DNA of 64,000 nucleotides from Epiperipatus broadwayi (Eukaryota > Animalia > Onychophora): positions 14,880,001-14,944,000 of the forward strand of contig JAQFVV010000009.1 of assembly GCA_028023455.1 (NCBI GenBank), read 5' to 3'. The notes below the pieces were generated by a model. The model did no database searches. It worked only from the letters and a program-made list of their open reading frames with translations, and was not told the DNA's origin. Shown here one piece after another: positions 39,313 to 53,175 of this stretch. The translations under genes and the position numbers were made by a program. Each line of letters opens with the position of its first letter. Within the stretch, counting starts at the first letter, position 1.

Positions 39313-41539
39313 CAGGATTTGGCAGCCTTTTGGAGAGAGAGGGCCAGACTTCTATGCAGTGTCTTGAAGAAGTGTCTTGAAGGATAACCATGATATCAAA
39401 TATATTACAAATAAATCATCTCAACCTCAAAGGAAATCAATGTAATTTTATTTAAACAAGGTTGCTTATTTTACTGTAGGAATAACAGTAAAACAACTAC
39501 TTACTTCAAATACAACAAAAAAAAAAATTGCAAATTCCTTACTATAAACAAAATACAATTAGAAATGGCAAATCAATTAATGTGATACTTTTTGCTTATT
39601 GTTTGCTAACTACTCCATATCAGGATAAATGTTTGTTGATGCCAGAAGAAAAACATCATTCAGGTGGTCATCACACCACCTTGCTCTTAAATGATTTTTA
39701 GAATATTTCATTTTTGAAAAAAGTTTTGTACAAACATATGTACTTGCAAATAATATCATAATTTTTGCATTATTCAAGATGTTTTTATATTTTTCATTTG
39801 GCAATACATTTTTCTTGTAAAAGTTAGTGGAGGACTCAAAGTGAAATTTTGATTTCAAAAATTTGTCACATTGTAAGTCGATTAACTCCAACTGATATTT
39901 TTCTGCAATTTATTCCACATTAACTTCATAAGAAAACCCAAAAAATATAAATTGATTTCTATATTGCTAGAAATCCACAAAATGGAAGAAAACTCTCTTC
40001 TCAAATCTTGAATAGAGCTCACAAAAATGTCTGGTATTTTATCATTTTTGTGATTTTGAAGATTTGAAAAATGAGAGTAGTTGTCTGTCTGAAATTGTGA
40101 TTCCCACAGTTAAAGTTTTCTTTCAAAAGTAGTAATTTAACCAAACATTTCAAATACAAACTTTTTCCTTCCATGAAGTTCAAGATTCAAATTGTTCATG
40201 TGAATCATGATGTCCCATAAATGCTAACTTGGCAACCCACTGTGAATCTTGAAAGCAAAAATTATCTTGGTCTTTGCTCTTTAAAATATAGCAATCTCTT
40301 TTCTTAATGCATATACTTATTCCAGCATTTTTCCTCAGCTAAACCATTGAACATTTGAAAAGTATATAAGTTTGCCATACTCTGCTTCAATTTGTTTAAG
40401 AAATTCTTGAAACTGACAGTGATTTAGTTCTCTTGAAAGTATAAAATTCACTGTTTTTATAATCTCTGCCATGATATCTTTAAAATTCTTTGATTTTGCA
40501 CACAATTCACCTGATGAATAATGCAGTGAAGTTTGATTAGTTTGTGATCAATACCAATGTGTTTTTGAAGTAATGAAACAACCCTCTTTTTCTCTCCAAT
40601 CATCATTACTCCAATAAGAAATAAATCAAGATTTATTTTAGAAATAGATTTTATAATGCCTCCCAAAATATCTTTTCCAGTACTAATGTCATTCATAGAA
40701 ATTGATTGTTACAATTTCTTCCACAATATCAAAAGTCAATGTTACACTCCTCACAAATACTGCAAGTTTGCAAGTATCCATCATATTTGTGGTATCACCA
40801 ATAACAATGGAATAATACTCCAGATTTGTTAAAATGCTCTTTAAGCAACTTCAGACATTCCTTTCTAGTTCTTCAATTCATCTTGTTACAGTTCTTGCTG
40901 AAAAGTTTATTGCAAAAAATAATTCATCTTTTTCTGGACAAACAACATCCACTACTTTCAACATACATTCTTTGAAGAATTCACTATCAGTAAAAGGTTT
41001 CATCTTTTCTGAAATTAGTTTTGACACCTCATAGCTAGAAAGAAAGTCAATTTCTTCAACTTTTCTTGTGAAAAAGAAAGACTGCTTTGTTAAATTATTT
41101 CTCAGCCATGCAACTTTATTTTCTCATATTTTTCCAGTGAAATTGTTGTAATGATTATGATGAGTTTCATAGTGCCATTTAATATTTTAAATGTTCTTCG
41201 CAGCAATAGTATCTTAACAACTCAAACAAATACATTTCTCAAAGTGCATGTTCAACCTTCATAAAAATTTTGCTCAGAAAAAAGAAACTTCTGGAAAGAA
41301 AAGAGAAAAAAAGAAATCAGTATGGAGAAATAAGTAATAATGAAAACAAAGGTATTTGCAGATATATTTAATAATTGTGAATAATTTTTTATTAAACATT
41401 AGCCAGTATACTGATATCTAACCATTGGCTACTAGTTATCTAATCTATAGATAATTGGTGTCCAGTTATTGTTGGAGAGACAGACAAAAATTTCTTATGG
41501 GATGGATATGGTCCATGGACCTGGTGTTGCTGGCCCTTG
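39313..41539 (-). mobile_element. Full-length hAT DNA transposon (Charlie/GTF2IRD2-like) with a degraded transposase
   Basis: 8-bp TSD TAATAATC at 39305-39312 and 41540-41547. Ends are caggatttggcagcc / gttgctggcccttg. Minus-strand fragments read CICLSC..IAAKNI..IKWHYETHH, LIKLHCIIHQ and MELIDLQCD...LFASTYVCTKLFSKMKYSKNHLRAR...HL. Confidence 0.93.
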
Positions 41540-43475
41540 TAATAATCACTGATTATTTAGGTTTGTTATAGATGGCACTAGAATAGAGGGCTTCTCTTAT
41601 TTAATGTGCTAATAAATTTATATTTACAATTTTGAGGAGCTTGATAAAATTGAATTTATAGTCCATTAATATATCAACTCAACATAAGCACAAAATATTT
41701 TAACAATTATAATCCAATAGTATTATTTTCCACATAGTTGTACTTATATATTTTTAAAAAAAGTGAACTTAAGAATTTATATTAGTTAATATAATGATTG
41801 ATTGATCTATGACTTAACTTTGTCTTTTAAGAAAGTGAAATTTTTGACAATTTTAAAAAATAAAAATAAAATAGAATCTGCTTAAAGTTAAATCTTATGA
41901 GGAAAAAATAAGCAAAAATGTTATAAAAAAAAATTAATAATCGCCATAGATTTTTTTTAATTGTTTACTAGCTGAGAATTCTGGCTTAATTAAATATTCT
42001 TTTTAGAAGATTGAACAGTTGGTTTATTAATTTTAGAATTAGATTCAAAAATAAAAGTTTCTGATTCATTTTCAACTAAAGTAAAAATAATCTTTTGGGG
42101 TAATTGAATGAAATTGTTGCATTCTATACAATTGACCATATCATTTATTTATTTGAGTGAAATATGACTGTACAGCCTGACTTTATTAACATCTTGGGAA
42201 CAATTACACTGATCTAGAGCTTGGAAATTTTTCACATTTCACTATTTATAAGCATTCCCAAACAAACAAAACTTTTGAGTACATTAATTCACATAACAAG
42301 TTTTCTACCATATTGTTTCATATCAGAACTCTTTTTTTTCATACACACATAATTTGCTTATAGTATATTCTAAAAGATATAAATTAAAACTGTAATAAAC
42401 CAAGTACAAAATGAGATGTTTTAGGACTCAAACGCAAACTTTGCACACCTTCAATTTGTATTGTTTATATTTTATAAAATTCAATTATAGTAAAAATAAT
42501 AGCTGTATTCAAGGATAGATCAGTGAAGTCAGCACGCCTATTGTGCATTTTTGTAAACAAAAGAATTTCCTAAAAAAATATTCATTTTTCCTGTTTATAA
42601 AAATATTCTCACACTAAACTATTCATAACTGAATATGCTTATCAAAAAATGGGGAAACTATTGAACAAGGTACAGATGATAAAAGACTTTTCTGCTGGTG
42701 AGATTATATCAATACATATACCCTTTTGGGGATCCATATCTAAATATGTTTGTAACATATTTACTAGTTTACCACCACATATATTTTACAAATGAGATAT
42801 TTATTTTATTTAATTGATTTATCTATTGATATTTTTATAAACATACTTATTATTTAAAACAATTATTAAATTAATACCAACATTTACAAGCATTTTGTAC
42901 AAGTGGATGCTATATATTAAAAAATAATCAAATGGTTTATTTCTTATGAGTTTATAAGAAGTTAAAAAATCAGAAATAATATAGGAGGTACAGCCCATAG
43001 ATTGTGAGCTTCAGAATCCCCAACTTTACTACTGGATGAAATCAGGCAGAGTTATGCCATGCATTTAACTTATATTATGGAAAATTGTTTATTTAAATTA
43101 AGATTATAATCAAAGTTGGTTTATGTAGTTGAAATATTACAGATTAATAAATATATATATATATTCAGTAAATCAGAGTTTATATATTCTGTTAATTTTT
43201 TAATTTTTTATTCTTTGATACTTTGTTAGAATAACTGCGATAAAATGTTGCAAAAAAAACTTCAATAAAACTCCTCATAGATAGTATAATAAGGCATGGA
43301 AGACATTTTCTTTTTTTCTAATTGGCTCATAAGTACTATTATTTTATGTAATTAGTTTTAAATTTTGTTTAGATATAAACATTCTGTCATACCTAGATTA
43401 ACCAGCTTTGCCTTTATAACATATACTTGTATAACATTTCTGTTATTGTTGTTATTGTTGAAATTGCTATTATTA

Positions 43476-43485
43476 TTGTTGTTAC

Positions 43486-43513
<28 letters not shown>
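43476..43513. repeat. (ATT)n microsatellite in a longer TTA/TTG tract
   Basis: Seen directly. It explains the poly-Leu/poly-Ile ORFs. Confidence 0.9.
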
Positions 43514-43516
<3 letters not shown>

Positions 43517-43959
43517 TTGCCTTTGTCTAATACTAGAAACAAATATAGTAGATATCTATTTTCTAATCTATCTCCAAATACTAAATCATTTAAATTAAAA
43601 TATTTCTTGTAAAATAGTCTGATAACAACAGTTTTATGCTACAAAACAAACTTGAATATTACCAAATCTTCTAGCTTCTATATTTGTATTCTCTCATCCA
43701 AATATTAGAGTTTAATTCCCCAGAGTCATTGGCTTTGCAATATATTAACTGAATTTTTTTCGTAGTGCTTTATTTAAAACATTAAAACTTCCATAACTTT
43801 TTACTTTTCAATTGTTGTTTTATCAATATCTTCCCATCCATTTTTTATTTTTATTTATTTTTATCAATTCTTGCATATATCTGCTCCACTTTGTCTTTTC
43901 CTAGGTTTGCTTAAGTTTTTTTGTTATTTCCATTTTCATTCTTAAATTTCTTTTATGAA

Positions 43960-46330
43960 TGATTTTCTTCTTTTATTCCAACATTCAAGAAATTATAACA
44001 AAAGGATTCCAACCCAGTCAGAAAATTTTGATTTTATATTTTTGTCTGAATCATGGTTAAACAAATAGTATAAAGAGACAATTGTTCTTAGATAATAGAT
44101 ACAAGATCTTTCATAATAACAGATTTCCAGAAATTGCTTCTAGAGGTGAGAGCACACTTATAACAATTAAAGAGGATTTGGTATGTAAATCTATTTGGTG
44201 TGAAGCAGTTGTTTCACATAATATCTAGTATTTTATTATCTGAATTAAGTGAACTATTATGTTCTCTTGATAATTTTTTTTTTTTAATTTCATATAACTC
44301 CCTCTTCATAATTACTGCTGACTTCAATATTCTTGATCTTTATTTTGGTAACACCATTTTTCCAATTTTATCAACAAAAGCCACTAAGATGATTGTGATT
44401 CATTAACTTATTAAATCTCAAACAATATAATCCTATTGCTAATGGCAAATATCAAACACTAGACTTACATTCTTAACAATATTTCCACAATTAATTGTAA
44501 TTTTATTTTTTCTTTATCTTTTTCTATTGATTGCCATCATATCACAATTGAATTTCATATTAAAATTTATTATTTACTAGAAGTAATTACGGAAAGAGTG
44601 ATTATTTGGGTCTATGTTTGAAACTCTCTGCATTTTATTGGAACCCTCTCTATTTTCTGATGCTAATTCTGGCATTGAAATTTTTTATGTGTACATTTAA
44701 TAATATGCTAGATTCTTATATTCCAATGAAAATTATCTTAATCATTTTCCACCATAGTTTTCAGTAACTCTCAAAAAAATAATTTAAAAAAATCATACCA
44801 TCATAAACAATATCTGAAAACAAAAAATATCATCCATTACAATAATTTTATTAATTTTAGAAAATTATCCGAACACAAGGCAGATTATGAAAAACTGATG
44901 CAAATTATGGAGTCAAATATTTCTAATAATCCCCCAAAATTCTGGTCTTTAATCAAAAATTTTGGTTTAAACAAAAGAAAATTACAGCATAATACTAACA
45001 CAATGAAGACAGATGATTTTGCTAAATATTTTTCTGAGATCACTAATTCTTCTCAGTTTCATTCTACTTCTAGTATTTCCAATGTTTTTTATACAGAACA
45101 AAATAATCTTTGATTTCTTTTCTAAATCTCATGTCATATTTTCCATCAAAAGGTTTATATTGAACTCTAGTTTAGGTCCTGATAATATTCCTTCTTTTAT
45201 ATATAAAAGCTCTTCTCTCTGTCATATATTTAATTGTTCTATAAGAAGTGTCAGTTTGAAAGTGTCAAAAGTTTTTTTTATATAAAAATGGATCTAAAAA
45301 CTTAGCTAATAATTAGAAGCCCATTTATGTTTTACATGCTACTGTCAAAATCTTTGCCTGATGTATTTATGACAAAATTAGTTTAGATATTAGCAAACTT
45401 CTCATTCTCAATCAACATGGTTTTTAATCCAATAAATAAACTGAAACTAACCTCATCATCATTTATGATCATATTGCTCATACTATAGAAATTCAGAGCA
45501 GACATAATGTCATCTATTTTGATATGTCTAAAATCTTTAACAAAATTGATAGGCAAATTATATAATTTAGGGCTTTCAAAATCACTAATCTAAATGATTT
45601 GAATCATTTATACATTACAGAACTGCTTTTGTTAAATATAATCATAATATATTTTCACTGTACTCTTGCCCAATTGGAATAGTCCAACTAGTATTCTGGC
45701 TCTATAGTTGTTTAATATGTGTTTTAAAAATATCAGAGATAATATAAAATATTCCCATCTCCTTTGTTATGCTGATCATTGTATAATTTTCAGATATATT
45801 AATGTCTTTATTTTACTATGTGGAGTTTTAACAACAAAATTATGATGATTAATAAAGACAAATTCTCTGTTGTCTCATACTAAAAAAAATTGAAATTTTA
45901 CAGTTCCCCTATTCTATTCATAATTTTAAAATCATTTTTAAAAATTGTCAGAAAAGATCTTGGAATTATTTTTTCTAATAATGCCTCCTTCAACCTTAAA
46001 GTTAGCACTCTAGTGAATAGGGCATTTAAAATAATGAGTATCATATATAGACAAGAAAAAATATTTCATCAGTAAACAAAATATAAACTTTTCTTCTCAT
46101 TGATCTTCCTGATCTTAGAATTTGGCTGTTATTTGGAACCCTTACACTATTCAAAAAATCCTATTTGTATTTGCTAAATACTTTAAATATAATTTTTCTG
46201 ACAGTTTAAACATTTCATTGATGCAAAAAAGAAAAATAATCAAACTTTACATATTTATCCAAGATCCTCTCCAAATTTACAATTACATCAAATTTACTTT
46301 CAAACCTATCCTTTAATTTCTCTCAATTTT
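43960..46330 (+). mobile_element. Degraded APE-RT LINE ORF2 (CR1/L2/Jockey group)
   Basis: Fragments read LSESWL, ADFNI, D.HH, NNPPKFWSLIK, GPDNIP, NQHGF and YFDMSKIFNKID (RT catalytic domain 3 LD.SKAFD), with many stops and frameshifts. Confidence 0.85.
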
Positions 46331-46604
46331 ATACTAGATTACACAGACCTTTAAATATAATTTCTTGGAATTCAGATGTTCTTAAATTTTCTTCTGTATT
46401 TTGTATAATTAGCACATACAATAAAGATTTTATAAATAATAATATACTTCATCTTGATTTCAATCACCCCAAACCATCTGTCATGACTTCCCATTTTTTT
46501 TCTTTTTTCAATACTTCTATATCATTTTATTCAATAATATGGTTTTTTTATAATTATTATTTTAATGTATATTCTGCAATTGACCATTGGTGGTTGTTTT
46601 GAAC

Positions 46605-46935
<331 letters not shown>

Positions 46936-46979
46936 GTTTCAATAACAACAACAAATCCACTATTAAAGCATATACAACA

Positions 46980-48420
46980 GACATTTTCAGATATCCAAAT
47001 TATACACACTCATCAATACATTTCATGCATAGCATACATAGGTGGTGTCATTATCTTTCTGCCATCTTATAAGCATCTCACCATATTGCAAAGCATCCTC
47101 AATCAATATATTGCTATGTATAAACTTAGATTTAACATAAATAAAACAGCAGGATGGTTTATATACACCAACAAATCATATATTCAAATATTACAGGGAA
47201 AGGCAACCCCTTTCTTAGGCTTTCCATTGAACATGGGCTCACATATGGAAAAAAACCCTTACAAAACAAGCTTTAAAAATGCCACATGCATTACCAACTC
47301 TCTCTCTCAAAAACTTATGTCTATCTTTATGCTAAAATTCACCTATCTAGTATACTCATAATGACTAAGATTAATATTATTTGACTATTGTTAAATTTTC
47401 AAAATCATTTAATTCTGCCTTCTCTTTTCTCTGCTATAAGCTACTATGGGGCAGGAAGAAAGTGTTAATCTCAGCTAAGAGAGTTGTCCATCCATTAATA
47501 ATGGTATGGGCCTCCACATCAACCATTGTTCAAAGCCATAAATTATATTGCATCAATTGTTCAAAAGTTCCCATCACTACAATCACTATTATAAGTAATC
47601 CCTACTGAAAGACTTCCCCACTATATCAGCTTCATTTCTCAACACACTTTACCAATCAATTATAACAGCATCCAACTGATTAACATTGCCCATGACTAAT
47701 AAATACATATACTGACAAACACATGATATGCTATATCCAGAGGCCAACAAAGATTACCCTTCTATGCTTGGTATCAATAACCACCAGCTATTCTGCTTTT
47801 TAAAAAGATGGTTCCTGGATCCTAAATTTTTTGATTTTTTAGTTCATCTCAACCTACATGCATTGCCAACATCATATTTTCTTCAGTATCACTGTCTATA
47901 TAAAAATATAAATCCATTCTGAACATTATGTAATGCTGTAGAGGAAACTCAACATCTCTTAGTAGTTGCAAGCCCTCAACCAAATCAAGACTATCATGCT
48001 AAATACATACAAATGACCAGTGGCATCTATACAACAGCTAATTCAATCTTATTAGAAGATACATCCTCCCACATCATGTACAACAATTTTTACCCTGTAT
48101 GCTTTCTGGTGAACTCACTGCATCTTCATCATTGGCAACAATACCAGAAGACACCCAGATACACTCATCAATAAACTCCAACAAATCAATATCTGGGACA
48201 AGAATACTGCATCCCCAGATATTTTTGCTGCTACATGATCACTACTAAAACAACTATCCAATCTATAATAGATTATAATCAAACAATAACCACATTAAAC
48301 AGCATTCAATGATACCATCCATTACTATCAGCAAAACTCACCTTCACTAACTGCCTTCAACTCTATCTACTATCAGATTATAGAAGTTACTCCCCATCTA
48401 TTACAATCTACTGGTTGTCA
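46980..48420 (+). mobile_element. 5'-truncated, degraded L1/Tx1-type ORF2 3' half (RT end plus zf-RVT)
   Basis: YKLRFNINKT...FLGFPL, LLWGRKKVLISAKRVVHP, HLNLHALPT...NPF.TLCNAVEETQHLL match G L.IN..K...YLG.P, FLWG.K..I....L..P, LPT...C..C...ET..HL. Confidence 0.75.
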
Positions 48421-49129
48421 CCATATGTAATTCTACTCTGAATTGACTTTGTTTTTTGTACATCATCATAGCTTGATTTTATGCTACATGAATTATAAGT
48501 TACCTTCCTAGTATAGTACAAGATTAAATATTAAAAGAACAATAATCAAGATTAATTTAGTAACTTAAGTAACTTTTAATACGATGTCAGATGTTATAAT
48601 CTTAGGTCATATTTATCTATGTGTAAAACTGAGTTTTATATTGAACTACTTTTTAGGAATTTAATGATTAAACTTAATATCCACCTCTGTATCAAAACAA
48701 GTAGCAGCATTTGTAAAAAAAATATATCTTGAAACCTGATTATTATAAGCCTTAAAATTAATCCTTATAAAAAACCTGTACAACATGATTGCACTGTAAC
48801 TCTTACAATCAATGTTATGTAATGCTATGTAATCCAAAGGATTAATAAAGATTATTATTATTATCATTATTATCATCATCATTATTATTGTTGTTGTTAT
48901 TATTATTTTGCTGTCTTAAGTATTTGTCAAATTTTGCTAATTGTAACTTTTTTTTTCATCATCCATTTATTCTATATAACTGATTTGAAATACTTATGAT
49001 AGCTATGTTCAGGGTTTATGATAATTTATTGCCTAATAATGGCAATTATATTTCTTGCTTAAAGTTACAATTGTAATATGCACTACATATGTTCAGTACT
49101 ATTCAAAAATATAGAGTATGTCATTAAGA

Positions 49130-52100
49130 AAAAAGCCAAGTCTAGAGGTGTTCCTTTTATAGAGAGTCCTTTTCCACCTTTAATGTGAACTTAAATTCTA
49201 CTATTGCATCAGATGACTCAGTTTTGCAACAAATTATGGCAAAATTATAGTTGTCACCAGTTATTCATAACATATTATCAGAGCTTACATAAACTGTTTT
49301 GAAAATGCAAGCTGATTTTGATACTTTGTGACAAAATGTTGACAGGAATATTCAGGAGATTTCTCATTTGATTAGTGCCAGTGATGCATATGATGACCAT
49401 ATATTTTCATTTAAGGATAAAATAGATTCTTTAGACAAATTTCAAATGACTTTTGAAATTGAAATGCAAGACATTCCTTATCAAAATAAAGTCTCGCAAA
49501 TTGTTTCCAAAATGGCAGATAAACTTAATGTTGAACATTTTTCTATCAATGATTTAGAACAAGTATTTCACACAAAAACTAAACTGGATAAATCAGGACT
49601 TCATGTTGCTCATTTTACTTCTCAAAATGTAGCAAGATTATTTTTACATAAGAAACCTGGTGTAACTGTGTCTGTTATTCTATTTTAAGAAAATAATAGT
49701 CAACATATTTATGTTAATGAATGGATTTCTTTGGAAATTTGATGGGTTTTTTTGGAAGGCAAAGTAAAAGATGTGTAATCAATACCAGAGTGTAGCATTC
49801 TTTCAAAATGGTTTGATTTATGTCAGAAATGTTGCTAATTCTTCCAGTGTTGTTATTAAAAATGAAATAGAATTATTGTCATTCTAAACTTTTGTGCTTA
49901 ATATGCGATCTAATCAGATTCCTGATTATAAAGACTTAAAAAAATTTTCCCCCATTAATATTCATAGTATACACTCATTTTGATGAATTAAATATTTATT
50001 TAAGTCATTTTTCATTAGATTTTTATGATATTATTATTCTGTCTGAGATGCAGATTTCTCATGATGAATAACATTTATATATTTATATTTATTTATTTTT
50101 ATAGTGTTTTTGAGCCACATTTGTATTCAAGTTTAGAAATGTAATAATGTACATAAAAACTGGTTTCAATTTTATTTACAATGTTCTATCTCTTATTACT
50201 GTTGAATCTATACTACTAATGTTTAATTTTCCTAATGAAGTTATTTCATTTAATTGTAATTTATAGGTCGTATACCATTATATTTTTTATTTATGAATTT
50301 GATAATTTGTTATCTAATTTGCATTCTTTTGTTATTAATTTATTAGTTGTGAAACATAATTCTATTACATAGTTACAGTTTTAGTCAAGTAAATTTTTCA
50401 CCTACGCATATAACATCATCTTCTAAATTTCTGATTGGTCATATTCTAATTAGACTTGATCAGCATTATAATTTTAATGTAAGTTATATGAATTAGCCAT
50501 AATGGATTATTTTCCAATTCTTTTAAAATTGTCTGTAGTTTGTGATAATCCAGGTACCTACAGCTACATTAATATATTATCACATGTTAAATTAAATAAT
50601 TTATTATCCATTCAGAAATATGAAGATATTTTTGGCTTGGACAATGTAGTCAAGACCTTTTTACAATTTTAGAATATTTGTAGTTCTTTAATTAATAAAG
50701 TGACTTATATTATTGAATTGAATAATAAAATTAAAAACATTCTCCATGAATCTCAGACCAGTTGTTTAAAAAAATTAATTTGAGAAATAGTTTAAAATGT
50801 TTTGCTAATTTGATCGCTTTGAAGCAGATTAATAAAAAAATTAAATACAATATTAATAGCAAAATTAAGTTATTATAGGCAATTTCTATTATAATAAAAA
50901 TAAGTCATTGAAATGGAAGACAACTCTTTAAAAAATTCTCTAATCAAATTAATTGTATTAAAGATAATGATAACATATTAGAAGTATGTGGTAATGAAAA
51001 ACCCATAGCTAATCTTTTTAATAATTTCTTTACCTATATCCCACATATGGAACCATATATTAACAATTAGCCTAAATTTATTTTCGGATTTTTTTTTTTT
51101 GTTCTGATGTTTCTGACATTCAGTTACCATGTCAAATTCATGGTTTAAAAAATATTCGCTTTTCTGGCTTAGAAAAAGATAGTTTTTATAGCTGTTTTAG
51201 TTTACTTATTTAATCTTTTTTTATCAGCTGGTGTATTCCCTGAATGTTTAAAAGTTGGTATTATTATGCCTAATTTTAAAAAAGGTGATTCATTAATTAT
51301 TAGCAATTATAGAATTATTTCAATCATTTCTGCTATGGCTAAGTTATTTGAGATGATAGTTAAGGATAAGATATTATTATTGAATATATATATAAAGTGA
51401 TTTCTGTATATCAGTTTGTTTTGTTGCTGAAAAAAGTACTTTGAGTGCTTTTTATAATCATGTACATAATTTAACATCATCATTGGGTAAGAAAGCTAAG
51501 ACAGCAACTGTTTATTTGGATTTATCCAAAGCATTTGACTCTGTTAATTATGCAGTTCTTATACATTGGTTGTGTTTATATAGTATTCAAGTCATTTTGC
51601 TTGCTGGTTAATAAGTTATTTAAATCATAGAAAACAGGCTACTAAAATGCATTGTGTTACTAGTGATTTATATTTGTTAATCATGGAATTCTACTGAGAT
51701 TTGCACTTGGGCATATTATTTTTAATATATGTAAATGACATTTTTAGTTTACCTTTGAATTCAGTGATTTATAGTTTTGCTTATGGTATTGCACTGTCTT
51801 TGTGATGTTGTTTTATATAGTATTCTTGACAAGTAATTAATAAAGATCTAACATTAATAAGTAACTGGCATTGTTTATTTATATATAATATTTAGTGAAT
51901 TAAATGTGAAGGTGTTTTAAGTTTCATGCTCTTAGTTCGAAATACTTGAGTCTGACTTATTTATATATAAATTTAAGTAGAGAAGAAGGTGGGTTCCCAT
52001 CTTTTTCTCATAGTTCTGACTTGTGTTTTAGAATTAAGAGTTCCATGTGCAGTCATTATTACATCTGATCAGCTGTCACATAAGCATTTTTAAAGCATAT

Positions 52101-53175
52101 CTGTTGAGAGTTTTAGCCTTTCACGTTATTAACTATTGATTATAATAAAATAAAGAATATCTATTTTTTTTTAATGCTCTCCACATTCACTTAGTATCAA
52201 TATGTGTAGTCAATATAACATCTATTCCAATAATATATTTGCACTTGTGATAATATTATTTTTATTTAGAAATATTGCTAATTAGGTATTCTTATTGATT
52301 CAACGTTATCATTGTCAAGCTATATTGCCTACTTATATTCTTAGTTGTGCAAAATTAATTACTTATTTTATTATCTAATGAAATTCTTGCCTATATCTAC
52401 TTTGATGATTATTTATTTAACATATTATCAAAATATCTTATATTATAATATCTCTATATGGAGTGGTTATGCTGATTATTTACAATATGTATTTTACAAA
52501 ATATCTTGCTTAGTATTTTTGGTAGGCCTAGATTGATTTCTGTGCTTGATGTCTATGTTAGTTCTTGTGTGTTATCTATTCTTAAGCCATACAAGTATAG
52601 AATTATTATTGATATATATCATCATCATTCCTTATTGTTCTGTAAAGTATTAGCTGTAAATACTCACTTAGCTAAGAATTTTCAATTGACATTACCAGAT
52701 TTTTACTTGAAAATAGTTGCACACATTTTAGTTACAATGAACTCAGACTGTTTTATTCTTTTGTTACTGATTATTCAATAGCTGTTGACAGCTTTTGACC
52801 ACTATTTTTTTATATATTCAAAAAGTGTTTGAAACTTTGGTTACTGCATTATCTGAAATCATATTAGTACTACTATTACTATTATTGCTGTTGTTGTTTT
52901 AATATTTTTATGTATTGTATTTGATTAATATGTAAATATTTTTTGTATGTGAGTAATTAATTTTTATATCTATTTCCTGTATTTTTAATTTATTTTTGTA
53001 TCAATCTTCGTAAGTTTTTCTCTGTATTATTTTTTTTTCCAGATGTTTAATGTATATATATTTATAATTAATATAATGACTTATAAATAATTCCTCGCAC
53101 AAGTTCTTCTTGTTTGAAGTTATTCTCTCTCTTATATATTTATTGTTTGTTTAATAAAATAAGTAAATAATAATA
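49130..53175 (+). mobile_element. Near full-length degraded CR1/L2-clade LINE (ORF1 plus APE-RT ORF2 plus AT-rich tail)
   Basis: ORF1 remnant (49368..49688 and on; HIYVNE). The APE start reads INIHSIHSFFDEL...DIIILSE. RT reads GVFPECLKVGIIMPNFKKGD...NYRIISII...KLFE and VYLDLSKAFDSVN. The tail aataaaataagtaaataataat is at ~53155. Confidence 0.85.
51992..52130. mobile_element. Partial second copy of the 4568-4822 MITE, nested in the CR1 element
   Basis: ccatctttttct..tagttct..cttgtgttt.agaa.t.agag.tccatgtg...ctttcacgttatta matches ~4687-4822. Confidence 0.8.

Noticed and set aside
43365-43612. Poly-Leu and poly-Ile ORFs resembling signal peptides
   Set aside because: They derive from an ATT/TTG microsatellite.
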